Of a DNA stretch of 64,000 nucleotides, positions 9,801 to 20,000 are shown piece after piece. The notes below the pieces were generated by a model that was given only the letters and a program-made list of their open reading frames with translations, was not told where the DNA came from and searched no databases. The position numbers and the translations under genes were made by a program. Each line of letters starts with the position of its first letter. Position 1 is the stretch's first letter. Source of the DNA: Chitinophagales bacterium (GTDB lineage Bacteria; Bacteroidota; Bacteroidia; Chitinophagales; JADIYW01); NCBI GenBank assembly GCA_046329775.1, contig JAXLTX010000003.1, positions 507,153-571,152 on the forward strand, read 5' to 3'.

Positions 9801-12800
9801 AGGTGGCAAACAAACATCTATTGTCGCATTGAAGGTTAATGCTGGGTCAGCAGATTCTATTGGAGTTAAGGTGCTAAATGTTGATGCGCTTGACGGGCAA
9901 GAAGGGTTGCCTTGTACCAGTAACATTTGTAAATCAATCTGATCGCCTACGTTATTTGGATCGTTCAACGCTCGTATTTCTACATTTACGTTATTCGATA
10001 CATTTGGAGTTTTAAAATGGAACCAAACAGTTTGATCTAAAGAATAAGCACCATCTGTTATTAATAAATTTTCATTGGTCTCCACAGATGAACAGAAATT
10101 ATGCCAATTCGTGGTGGTATTACCTACTTTATTTCCATTTGAAGAACCAAGTACGCCTAAATATCCGTTTGCAGTAGTTGTGCCAACATTACAAATATTA
10201 TCGTTGGTCGCCAATGGATGCGGATTTATACGTTTTACCGATACATTGAAGTTGCCTTGTTCATTTAACCCACTGCCATCAACCATCAGATAATAAGTGG
10301 TGTTGGGTTCTAAACAATGAAACTCCATAGTTTCCGAAAACGGCAGACCTGCTGCACTATATTGGTCATCTACCAGATTAAAGGAAGTGGCGCAAGGACC
10401 ACTTGTCGGGTTCATCTTATACAATGCAATTTGCGGATCCATGGCGTCGCCGAAAGGCCAAGGCAAACCACTTGTTACATTTACTTCTACTGCATGTGGC
10501 CCGGTAGTATTAGGTGTTGTAAATTTATACCAAACATCTGCATCTGCTGTAAATGTGGTTGGAGATGGATATATATTCTGAATAGTGGCACATCTATTGG
10601 TTTGGTTAGAAAGTGTTGTGCTTGCTCCGATAGAGGCCGGATAGGTCATATTTGTAGCATTGCAAATATCATCGTTAGCGGGTCCGGATTGTGTTGCTGG
10701 TACTGCTTTCACTTGTACTTCAAAATAACCTCTTGTATTTAATCCAGAACCATCTACCATCAACCAATAGGTTTGTCCGGGATTTAGACATTTAACGGTC
10801 ATATCTTCATCAAATGAACCAACATTATATTCTGCCTTTATGGGAACAAGCGTTCCACTGCATAAGCCATTATCCGACTCGTACAACGCCAATTGTAAAT
10901 CTATCTGGTCGCCTAAACTGTTTGGATCATTGTATGCACTGATTAATACCTCACCGGTTGCTGGCGCTGTAAATTTATACCATACTGTTGCATCGGGACT
11001 GAAATCTGTCAAGAAAGTACCTCCAGCTACCGCAGGTTCTCCGGCAATACCTGAACAAAAATTATTTTCTGCACGCATGCAATTACCGGTTCCTCCTCTT
11101 GCTGAAGCATATAAGCCGGCAGTTCCGGGATAACCTGTTGTAGGTGATGGATTGGTAGCAGCACCGCTTGCCGGTGGTACTTTTGTATCTACAATGGTTG
11201 TATTGTAAACCGGAGTACCTAAATCAATTGCATTACATGGCATGTCGTTTGTTGATGGTCTGTCACGAGGATCGGGAGTTAGCGTTAGATAGAACTCACC
11301 TCTGTCACATGTCGGGCATAGTGTTTCCGGTGTTCCCGATACCAGTAAGTAATAGGTTGAGTCCGGCATTAAACATTCTACTGTAAAGTCCTCATCATGA
11401 AAAGCTCCATCATGGTCTGATGCTATATATTGTAATCTATCTTTTTCTGTAGCAACATCTGTACAAACGCCTTGATACCCTCCTGGTAAAAAATAAACCG
11501 CCAACTGAGCGCTGATTTCGGGTTCATCGAAAGGAGGAATAGCATCTGATACCGTATTTGTGGCAGCAATAGTCAATTTTCCGGATTTGGGTGCTCTGAA
11601 TTTATACCACACGCCACTTGTATTGGTTGTCCATGTGTTTGGAATACCGCCCGGCTGCGAGGCAGGCATATCATTAGTTGGAGTTGCACAATAATTATTT
11701 TGTCCTGTAAGTACTACTGCTGAGCTGCTGTTGCAATCTATATATGGAGACGAATAGGTTCCTGTTATTGTGGTAGCATTACATAACAAGTCATTGGGTG
11801 TAGATTTTCCATAATCAGAGATTGTTATGTCATAATAGCCACTTTGGTTTATCCCGGAACCATCTACCAGTAAATAATATTCTGTATTAGGATTCAGGCA
11901 GTTCACAATCAAGTCTTCGTTAAACCCATTAGTGGCATCGTAATTATTTCCTTTTGGGATATAATTTGCTGTTGAACACACAGCACCTTGTTTTTCAAAA
12001 ACGGCTAATTGCAGATCTATTTCATCACCGGCAAGTGTACCCATTTGCCCTGGATAATAAGGGTTGCTGGTAGCATCTATTCTTACGGAACCCGATGACG
12101 GAGTTGTAAATCTATACAAAACGGCATTATCTAAGGAAAAACCACTTGGAAGAGTAACAGTACCCGAAGTTCCAAAACTACTAACTGAAGAAACACCACA
12201 TTTATTAGCTAGATTTAATTTTGTTATGCTACCTGCGTTAGGTACCGTTCCAATATTTTCTGCATTACAGAAAGTGGTTTCTCCTTCTTCGGGAAACCAT
12301 GTACGAATGGAGAAATTCCCTTGTTCTAATGCTGATGCAATTCCTGTTCCTGTTACATCGGAACCATCTACCAAGAGCCAGTAATATTTAGTAACATCTA
12401 AACAATTAAAGTAGGCATCTTCATCCCAGCTAACACCTGCTCCTGCATATTCTTTCTGAACTTCCGTTAAGCTTGCATTACAAGAATTAGAGGTGGTTGA
12501 ATACAATGCCAATTCTAAATCTATATTATCACTACCTAAGCTATTGGCATCTACCACCATTGTTCTGCCAGGTACCTGACCTATATAATACCACACACCA
12601 TAGTCATTATCTTTTCCGAGCTCTGCCCAATCAGGTTGCGGATCGAAACAATCAGTACCGTTAATATTTGTTTCGGCAGACAATACTGCTGAATTATAAG
12701 TGTAAGGTGATTGTACAGCAATATTTTTTGCGCCACAGATTCTATCATTTACCGGTACTGTAATATTATCATAAGACACCTCTACTTTAAAATTTCCAAT

Positions 12801-15377
12801 GTCGTAGCCACCGCAAACACTAACGCCACCTGGATTACTGCCAAATACCTGCAAGTAGTAAGTGGTATTGGGTTCCAAACATAATTGATCATAGGAGGCA
12901 TCCATATAAGTATTGCCAACACAGGTAATTTGTCCATCCTGAAACCAATAGTTTTGTTGTAAATCTGTGTAATTACAAGTGGCAGGTGTTGGATCCTTGA
13001 ACAATCTAAAATCTGCATTAATATAAGAACTCGATTGAGATAATATTTTGATTGTAGCATATCTGCCAATAGTAGCACCGGTAGTAAATTTATACCAAAC
13101 GGTTTCGTTTCCGCTGTTGGGGTTATTTACTTCACCCGCAGCTGTGTTGTTGGTAGCGCAACGATTTGTCTGTACTTTATCACCCAATGGTTTCAATACT
13201 GTATTTTTAGAGAGTGTACCTAAATTTTCTGCATTGCAGATTTCGTCGGCTCCGGCAACGATATCAGGTGTAGTTACCTTTATATAATAATCTCCCGTTG
13301 ATTCACCACTGGCAACACAAGTAACGCTATTATTGCTGTTATATGCAGTACCTGCTTGTATATAATATGTGGTGTTTGGTGATAAGCAATCAAATGAGAC
13401 GGTGCCCCCAGACGAGTTACACCACCAGTTGAATGCTTTTTCTGTAAGTGCACCAAATGTACAGCCTCCGGAGGATTGGTAGACGGCAATTGCGGAGTTA
13501 TTTGCGCCTGCCCCATTCTCTTGTATCTCTATGGTAACAGATGGCGGTACATTGGTTGCCGGTGTTGTGAAACTGTACCATGCTGTATTATGCATTCTGT
13601 CGCCGGATGTGGTGTGTGGTTCACCGGCTTGCTCGCCATCACAGTTATTATTAAACACTATATTTCCACTGTTGTAATTTACAGGTAAACTTGCAGTAAT
13701 GGAGGTAGCTGAACAAATATTGTCAGGACCACGTGGTGTTGTAGATCCATTTACATAAATCCTGAAATTGCCGTCATCGTCATTTCTATCCGAACATGGC
13801 CATCCTCCGTTATTCTGATATCCTTTTACTTGTATATAATATGTTGAATTGGGCGAAAGGCATGTATAAGAACGATATGAATTATTACTACCAACCACTA
13901 TACAAGCAGAGGTTACATTTACGTAATTATCTCCTCCATCTCCGTCTCCTAAATCCGTTAGTTTAGTCCAATTTACACTACACCTCGGAAACACATAAGA
14001 ATTATCATTTAATTTCCACAATTTAAAATCCGCATCAATAGTATTTGAACCATTACTTTCTACCCCAATATCAATAACAGAAGGAGGATTGCTACCTGTT
14101 GTAAACTTATACCAATCGGTTCGTTTATCATTATCATCCGTATTTATCCAAGGTTCTCCGCTTTCATACCATGATCCAATATTATCTTCTGAGTTTAATT
14201 GCAACAAGCCTCCTGCGTCCGGCATTGATCCCATACCGGTTGCGTTGGCTATATAATCATTAGATAATACTGGGGTTGAAACAGAGACAGTATTTGAATT
14301 ACCCGAAGTAGAACAGCCTATTGCTCTTACTCTATAATAGTAAGTAACACCTGCCGGGAAATTAATGTAATAAGAGGTAACATTACCAACATTGCCGCTG
14401 TATAGCATTGGTGAAAATCCCGGGTTGTTTGCTAAATCTATTTCATAAGAAGCAGCACCCACTACAGCATTCCAGTTTGCCTGATAACCCGAAATCGCGC
14501 ATGTCTGTGCCGTGGAGCTTGTGGCTGCCGGCACTCCTGTGGTAAACGTTATATTTGTATAAGAGCCACCTGTCAGTTCTCGTGTCTTTATTTCTACCAC
14601 ATCAGATGAACTGAGAAAAGTTTTAACGGCTGCACTATGAGCATCACAGCATCCTGTATTGTGATTGAATTGAGAAACGCCGTTAATTAAAATTTCTGTA
14701 TAATCATCGTGACCGATTACATTGATATCATATAATCCACACGGGAAATTCGTTCTCTTATAATTGTAGGAATGATTATCCACTGGTATCGGGCAACCGG
14801 TGTACGCCAATCCCGATGTATTGTTTGCCGCAGAAGGAGTTTCTGTTGCTGCTCCTGTACCTCCATTGCTCCAACGGGTTCCTGTATTAAAATTCAAACC
14901 GGTTTCAGTATAATATCCGCTATATGTATTAAAATTATTCCCATTATAACATGCCACATTCCATTGGCTTGCCGTAGTTGGAACAGCTGGAGGTGCACTT
15001 ACATTTATTGTTACGGATGCACAAGCTGTAGCTGCATTGAAGCAATCCTCCGCTCTTACATAATATGTTGTCGTAGAGGATGGAGTTACGGTTATTGAAG
15101 TTCCACTACCAATGGATGTGCCACTGCCACAGCCTCCTGCATACCATACCCAAGATGCTTTGGAGCCAAGAGCACCACCTGAAACAGTCAAGGTAACTGA
15201 ATTATCACACGTATATACAGACGTTCTGCTGGCAGATATGCCTGTGGCTGCCGTGGATGTGGTAGGTGCCGTATAATTTACTGCCAAATAAGGCTGGTTG
15301 GCATTACCCCTTGCACCCATAAAGTTTAGCCAGTAGGAATCATCACTTAATGATCCTGACCAACCATCCTCAATCAT
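6888..15377 (-). CDS. C-terminal part of the split T9SS protein: Ig-like, PA14-like and FN3 domains, 12 Cys repeats, pre-CTD domain, type A CTD
   Basis: TTTYYVRAE (Ig), GHDDYTEILING (PA14-like), TYYYRVRA (FN3), repeats NDxIC...VWYKF...CLxPxxTYY..VDG, PLPVELTSFTG and VYPNPT. No signal peptide of its own. Confidence 0.8.
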   Translation of the reverse strand: MIEDGWSGSLSDDSYWLNFMGARGNANQPYLAVNYTAPTTSTAATGISASRTSVYTCDNSVTLTVSGGALGSKASWVWYAGGCGSGTSIGSGTSITVTPSSTTTYYVRAEDCFNAATACASVTINVSAPPAVPTTASQWNVACYNGNNFNTYSGYYTETGLNFNTGTRWSNGGTGAATETPSAANNTSGLAYTGCPIPVDNHSYNYKRTNFPCGLYDINVIGHDDYTEILINGVSQFNHNTGCCDAHSAAVKTFLSSSDVVEIKTRELTGGSYTNITFTTGVPAATSSTAQTCAISGYQANWNAVVGAASYEIDLANNPGFSPMLYSGNVGNVTSYYINFPAGVTYYYRVRAIGCSTSGNSNTVSVSTPVLSNDYIANATGMGSMPDAGGLLQLNSEDNIGSWYESGEPWINTDDNDKRTDWYKFTTGSNPPSVIDIGVESNGSNTIDADFKLWKLNDNSYVFPRCSVNWTKLTDLGDGDGGDNYVNVTSACIVVGSNNSYRSYTCLSPNSTYYIQVKGYQNNGGWPCSDRNDDDGNFRIYVNGSTTPRGPDNICSATSITASLPVNYNSGNIVFNNNCDGEQAGEPHTTSGDRMHNTAWYSFTTPATNVPPSVTIEIQENGAGANNSAIAVYQSSGGCTFGALTEKAFNWWCNSSGGTVSFDCLSPNTTYYIQAGTAYNSNNSVTCVASGESTGDYYIKVTTPDIVAGADEICNAENLGTLSKNTVLKPLGDKVQTNRCATNNTAAGEVNNPNSGNETVWYKFTTGATIGRYATIKILSQSSSYINADFRLFKDPTPATCNYTDLQQNYWFQDGQITCVGNTYMDASYDQLCLEPNTTYYLQVFGSNPGGVSVCGGYDIGNFKVEVSYDNITVPVNDRICGAKNIAVQSPYTYNSAVLSAETNINGTDCFDPQPDWAELGKDNDYGVWYYIGQVPGRTMVVDANSLGSDNIDLELALYSTTSNSCNASLTEVQKEYAGAGVSWDEDAYFNCLDVTKYYWLLVDGSDVTGTGIASALEQGNFSIRTWFPEEGETTFCNAENIGTVPNAGSITKLNLANKCGVSSVSSFGTSGTVTLPSGFSLDNAVLYRFTTPSSGSVRIDATSNPYYPGQMGTLAGDEIDLQLAVFEKQGAVCSTANYIPKGNNYDATNGFNEDLIVNCLNPNTEYYLLVDGSGINQSGYYDITISDYGKSTPNDLLCNATTITGTYSSPYIDCNSSSAVVLTGQNNYCATPTNDMPASQPGGIPNTWTTNTSGVWYKFRAPKSGKLTIAATNTVSDAIPPFDEPEISAQLAVYFLPGGYQGVCTDVATEKDRLQYIASDHDGAFHDEDFTVECLMPDSTYYLLVSGTPETLCPTCDRGEFYLTLTPDPRDRPSTNDMPCNAIDLGTPVYNTTIVDTKVPPASGAATNPSPTTGYPGTAGLYASARGGTGNCMRAENNFCSGIAGEPAVAGGTFLTDFSPDATVWYKFTAPATGEVLISAYNDPNSLGDQIDLQLALYESDNGLCSGTLVPIKAEYNVGSFDEDMTVKCLNPGQTYWLMVDGSGLNTRGYFEVQVKAVPATQSGPANDDICNATNMTYPASIGASTTLSNQTNRCATIQNIYPSPTTFTADADVWYKFTTPNTTGPHAVEVNVTSGLPWPFGDAMDPQIALYKMNPTSGPCATSFNLVDDQYSAAGLPFSETMEFHCLEPNTTYYLMVDGSGLNEQGNFNVSVKRINPHPLATNDNICNVGTTTANGYLGVLGSSNGNKVGNTTTNWHNFCSSVETNENLLITDGAYSLDQTVWFHFKTPNVSNNVNVEIRALNDPNNVGDQIDLQMLLVQGNPSCPSSASTFSTLTPIESADPALTFNATIDVCLPPNQDFYIQVDGSGLNKQGYFTLEVENMGTPSAPANDNICNAKTLPGSGTITGAYTGYTGDNNICATLESNEVQHTASSVQRSVWYKFVCPSSADVTVQVVGNSFIPFTTDYFLPDVTIWEVNDGTSAVGGTCSIPTWSKLSDSWHQDIPNSLANGIYPTVNLTPLCLKPGYTYYVQVDGVAGIGIDGYFDVKIKDNQPAYVGPSNNECAGATALTVGAKSCQVSGGSWTTFNYGDPTWSRNPGGCTADCGDIWYKFTMPAACGNNTQSFVKIEGNDEMGTLGVTNSNLAVAAYRGTCGALTYIKCNTGGSGGDPDFSISGTPGETIYLQVWDQNGDDFGKDFQLCISEQKSADDCSDATAMTLDIPYCFSVASNGGETANSAVIGSGLKSYCGSGDPQHSTYFKFTTDAATNFCDDYYMYINLQGLAKEIAGSALQNCLGGTSPTVQFTATIWEVQAGGSLCTPGAANVSQRDCYSFNDCGTGSFGSNVSGPHGNGGVINDTVWFNNGTGFSFLPNKTYYIVLDYKVLNALQFSGRTIADGTIEIGRRCKGRVWEYTTTIGAVSTNKYCTTRDGWRHYYDDKGTISTADDKYIFSLYPNGNNIEGTATVTLNPTRYNYEDIPRDYAEYVMRRRWDFTLSSGSIDPAKPVKVRFYYQTAEKQDIIDAANTFKNAYGGFYEDFEWFKSANGHVFDVVNDVTPKVISVGPNGFTETGCLSYWNDLGVFVGPPGISRCQSLSASDWEDDNLNQWCNGVHYVQYNGLTGFSGGTGGTGVSPWDVSPLPVELTSFTGYNDGDKNVLNWTTASELNTLKFEVERSPQSSNGVFVRIGEVPAAGFSNSLLSYSLNDNTPLSGENYYRLKMTDRDGSYKYSQTILIRNDKQNTYVNSINGVYPNPTNQLINIEYQSMANSQIKLKILNVIGQEVLLGNKNVIKGNQLIQLDVSSLANGVYIINIQDPNDGEILQSKFVKD

Positions 15378-15398
15378 GTCATCGGAGCCAATATTTAT

Positions 15399-16835
15399 CT
15401 ATCCTTGACCAATTCTACTGGCGACGTCAGTAGCGCTAGCCGTCATGTTAAACCAGCCTGCTGTATTTGAGTTGTTTCCAAATGGATCAGGTAAAAATCC
15501 GCTGTAAGTAGTACTTGAATTATTCCATCCATATCTGGCATATTCTGTCACCATATTATTTATATTGTTATGAATGGTATTCCATGAATCAGATACAGGA
15601 TCTCCGTTAAAGGTTCCAAACCTGATTTTTATATCATTATTTCCCGGATAATTACTCAAACTTGTCTTGTAAATATTGAATGTGGCAGAATTTATGGTAT
15701 AGCAGGTATATAATGAACTGAGATTAATTTTTGCAAATCCTTCATAATATTCATCATCTGTCAAATCATTATGCCCCACTCTCCAGTCGTTATCTACTCC
15801 ATCATTGGCAGCAACCACATGATGACGAAAATAACCTGTGCCATAAGTTACATTAGATGGTACACAATTAATAACTGGGTCAAAGATTATCGGGAATTGT
15901 CTATTGGGGTTTTGAAACCAAGCCAGTTCGGCATAATAAATTATTTCATACTCATTATTTGATAATTGATTTATTTTAAATTTACCATTTATAGCATGGG
16001 AAGAAGAGTCTTTAAAATTACTTGAAAGAGATTCAGAGATTATCGGATTTTCATATTCCATTATCTCGTTTCCATTCTTGTCTGCAAGTACTACTAAAGT
16101 GCCTCTTTTTTCATCTTGTTTCAATAATAATTTAGCATCATTTTGTATTGTAACTCTTTCCTTGAAACCAAAATAAGAAGCACGGTTATTTCCAAAGACA
16201 GAAGGATCTGATATAATATAACTCAATTCTGTACCCACTGCCAATTGTTTAATTTTTGCTGTAATAGATAATTCAGAACTATGATAAGAGAGCTCATCAT
16301 CTTTTACAACAGGATTATTAAAGGATAAATCATGATTATCAATCTCATTGGCATTTGCATCTAAAAATAAATACTCGGGATGTTGCCATAATTTTATTTT
16401 GGATTTGTTCTTAAGTATAATAGATATTGCATCTTTCGTATATCGTGTTTTAAACTCGTTCCATTTGTTATAATAGCTATTACCATCTTGTACAATCTCA
16501 TTAGAGATTGTCTTCCATAAATTATTTTCCAAATAATGAACCGGCCCTGAACCTAAAACTGCCGTATAACTACCATCTGTATTTTTAAAAGTCTTTGAAC
16601 TGGCATTTCTTTTTTCTACAACCTCATCCTCTTGTATATAATTTGACAAGAAACCATTGTACTCCTTAGCATATAATTTTTTAATCACCTTATCATCCTG
16701 TTCAAAATTACCGGGATAAGATTTGGAGTTGTAAGCTTTGTCTGAGAAATCACTCTTAGCACCTTCTTTTGCCTGTGAGAATTGCATCGAGAAAACAAAA
16801 CAGATAGAAAATAATGCAATGTAAATATTATTCAT
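15399..16835 (-). CDS. N-terminal part of the split T9SS protein: signal peptide, WapA-like N-terminal region, start of DNRLRE-like domain
   Basis: Sec signal; EKRNASSKTFKNTDGSYTAVLGSGPVHY resembles the N-terminus of wall-associated/RHS proteins; YEGFAKINLSSL...INSATFNIY resembles the DNRLRE core. Confidence 0.65.
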   Translation of the reverse strand: MNNIYIALFSICFVFSMQFSQAKEGAKSDFSDKAYNSKSYPGNFEQDDKVIKKLYAKEYNGFLSNYIQEDEVVEKRNASSKTFKNTDGSYTAVLGSGPVHYLENNLWKTISNEIVQDGNSYYNKWNEFKTRYTKDAISIILKNKSKIKLWQHPEYLFLDANANEIDNHDLSFNNPVVKDDELSYHSSELSITAKIKQLAVGTELSYIISDPSVFGNNRASYFGFKERVTIQNDAKLLLKQDEKRGTLVVLADKNGNEIMEYENPIISESLSSNFKDSSSHAINGKFKINQLSNNEYEIIYYAELAWFQNPNRQFPIIFDPVINCVPSNVTYGTGYFRHHVVAANDGVDNDWRVGHNDLTDDEYYEGFAKINLSSLYTCYTINSATFNIYKTSLSNYPGNNDIKIRFGTFNGDPVSDSWNTIHNNINNMVTEYARYGWNNSSTTYSGFLPDPFGNNSNTAGWFNMTASATDVASRIGQG

Positions 16836-16990
16836 AATATTCTTATTTAAAACAAGGAATCATAAATTTATACACAAATAAACTAACTCGCAAGATTTTA
16901 CGCAATAAAAATATTAACACAGATGATATTTATTAAAAAACCATTTATATATTAAAAAAAACCTTAAATATATTACAGAGATTAAAAAAA

Positions 16991-17013
16991 ATCCCAACCT
17001 GAATGGTTGGGAT
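16991..17013 (-). terminator. Intrinsic terminator between the two giant genes
   Basis: ATCCCAACC-tgaat-GGTTGGGAT followed by a T-tract on the minus strand. Confidence 0.8.
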
Positions 17014-17034
17014 CGCATTTATATTTATTTGAGT

Positions 17035-20000
17035 TTATTCTTTCACAAATTTGGACTGGTATTTTGTGCCACCCGAAACATTCTGAAGGTTAATGACATA
17101 CATTCCTTTTGCATATTCCGCGGCTTCCACCACTATCGTGTTCAATCCGGCATTAAACGAATAGTCATTACTGAACATATTCTGCCCGATAGCGTTGTAG
17201 ATATCCAGATTGACTTTCTGATTGGCACCGGCCTGATAGACAATATTCACTTTATCATTCGTAGGGTTAGGATATACAGCCACGATACCATCAGCAGAAG
17301 CATTGATTTCCGTCACCTTTATGATGATGATTTCAGAATATTTGTACTGACCGTCTCTGTCTATCATTTTCAGCCTGTAATAATTGTTGCCCAATACAGG
17401 ATGTAAGTCGTTGAGTGTATAGGAACGTGGCGTGCTGCTGTTACCGGCTGCAGGACGTTCTCCTATGTACTCAAAGTTTATCGCATCCAGGCTCTTTTCC
17501 ACTTCAAACCTCAACGAATTCAATTCTGAGGCGGTAGTCCAGTTCAGCACATTGATGCTGCCATTGTTGTATCCAGTAAACGTTGTCAATTCGACAGGCA
17601 ATACCTGTGTCGGATTCAGAACGGTTTGCAACACCACCACCTGACCTGCAGCTGCACATCCCGCAGTATTCTCATCGCTGATGATTTGCATTACATAGGA
17701 AGTACAACCCGGTAGAATAAAGGTGGAAGAGAAATTAGTGGAAGTTGTACCGCCCAATACCTCTTCAAACACCGCGCAGTTGATGAGAATATCATCATAC
17801 TGACCAAACGGAGCGACACAAGGGGTATTATCGACAAACATGGACATGGCGGTTGTTCCGCAACCGATTTCGGTAACGGAGAAGACCACCGTAACCGTGT
17901 CCACCGGTGTTCCATCACAATTGGTGGAGAAGGAGAAATAATTCACCGAGTTATTTGACCCTGGCAAACAATCATAATATTGAGGTTGCAAATTAGTTCC
18001 ATTGGTATTCATATTCCAGCACTGCGCCTGTCCGTATATCAGGTTATTGGCGGTACATGCGGTTTTGGCAGGGCAATCCACGGAAATACAGAATCCGAAT
18101 CCTGTATTGCTTGGGCTGGTTGGGGCATTTTCATTAAATACCTGTAAGTACAAGGTTTCGCCCGGGAAGGCAGCTAAGGTATAGTCGACATCTCCGAAAA
18201 CGCCTCCGTCTCCACAGTTGATGCGCTGTAAGGTTCCTCCACAGCCGCCTGTAGCCCTGTATACACCTATGTTCTGATGGGAATTATTCACCAGATAAGG
18301 TGCAGGATATTCATCATTTCCCTGAATACGGATACCGGTTGCATCCAAAGGAACCGTAAACTTAAACCAGTAGTCGTTACAGTTATTTTCGCCGTTACAA
18401 CCCAATGCCTGTACGGATCTGGTAGCTCTGTCTATATCAACGGCAGCATCCAGCACACTATAGTTATTCGTGTAATATTGTCCATCAGCAGTACATGGTG
18501 TAGTTCTGATAAACTGTGTGACATCTATTGCTCCGCACGGTTCATCATTTACCACAGAAGGATATGAAGTTGAGTTATCCAGATTGGAGATATTGAAATT
18601 CCAGGTACCTCTGTCAGGCGGTATACCCAATACACCGTCATTACCATCAAAACGCAGATAGTATGTATTCCCTGGAATCAGACATCTCAAGTCCCAGGTA
18701 CTGGATATCGAGGTTAATGTGGTGGTATTATCCTCTCTGGTTAATCCACCAAATCCGGATACTCCGCAATTATAGCCTGCAGGTACACTGTATAAATCTG
18801 CATTTAACGTCAGCGTTCCCGGACTGTAGGATGAAGTATTAACGCGTACTTCACCGGAAGACGGAGCGACGAATGTATACCACAACGTTTCATCGTAATT
18901 ACTGCCGTTAGCTGGGCTTTGTGGCACCGGAGAAATATTGGGTTCACCACTTTGCGTAGTGGCACATCTGTTATCCGCTGCCGTATTACCGGCACCTACC
19001 GTTACGGAAGGGGCTGTACATATATTATCTGCCGGATTTGTGGAACCGGAAGCAAACGATACTGATACATTAAAGTTATCCCCGACATCTCCGCCGAATA
19101 CACCGTCAAAGCCTTGCACCTGGATGTAATACGTTCTGCCTTCTTCAATTTCCCAGCATTCCAGGTTCAATGTTTCGTTATTCGTTGCGGAGTTTACCAC
19201 AGGTGTTTCACTTACTAATGTAAGACTACCAAATGTTGGAGTGGCACCGCTGCAGACTGTTGCATCCTGACGATACACACCTATATAACCATTGATCTGG
19301 TCTCCACCGACATTTGTAATACTGACAGCATAAGAACCATCTGAATTGCTTGCCACAAATCTATACCAGAGCGTATGGTCGTATCCCGCATCCGTGATAT
19401 CGTTATATGGTCCGTTTACAGCCGGCTCACCCACTTCCTGAGTGGCGCATCTGTTATCCTGATTGGTGGCTGTAACGGTAGCAGAAGTAGTGAAAGTACC
19501 GAAATTGCCATTATTAGGGATGGCACCAATGCCGCAAATATTATCATTTACAGGAGTTGCCTTGGATACATGCGTCAACTGTATGTTGAAATTACCCACT
19601 TCTGCTGTTGCCGGCCAGTCATTGCCATCTACCTGGATATAATAACGTTTACCAGCCAACAAACATGGCCATGTTTCAACTACCTGATCCGTTGTCCCGA
19701 TTGTATTTAAAGCCAATCCTGTACCACTTGCTAACTCAGTCAGCTGGCTCCAATTCGGTAGGTCAGCAGGAGTACCGGAACAGGAAATGGCTGATGTATT
19801 TGGCATCTGGTATAGCACGTAATTGATACCGCCATTCATCCCATTTATCGGCTCCAGCAACATGGTGACATCGCCGTCAGTCGGAGGCACGAAGGAAAAC
19901 CATACTGTCTCATCATAATTATTCGATGTGACATCATCCCCCGAACCACCGATATTCCCGCTGGTGTTGGGTTCTCCGGTTTCCTCCCATGAGCATCTGT

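Larger units (their letters stand above)
6888..16835 (-). pseudogene. Giant T9SS type A cargo gene (3315 codons) interrupted by one in-frame TAG at 15399-15401
   Basis: The 478-aa ORF (signal peptide) and the 2829-aa ORF (LPVEL...IYPNP...KFVKD CTD) are in the same frame: ...GGT CAA GGA TAG ATA AAT ATT GGC TCC GAT GAC ATG. A DNRLRE-like domain spans the stop. Could be a nonsense mutation or a sequence error. Confidence 0.8.

Noticed and set aside
15399-15401. Pyrrolysine or genome-wide amber recoding to explain the in-frame TAG
   Set aside because: TAG terminates several ordinary genes in this window; no pyl genes or suppressor tRNA are seen.
6888-16835. RHS/polymorphic toxin, because of the WapA-like head
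   Set aside because: No YD repeats, no PxxxxDPxG core and no toxin-immunity tail; the gene ends in a T9SS CTD.
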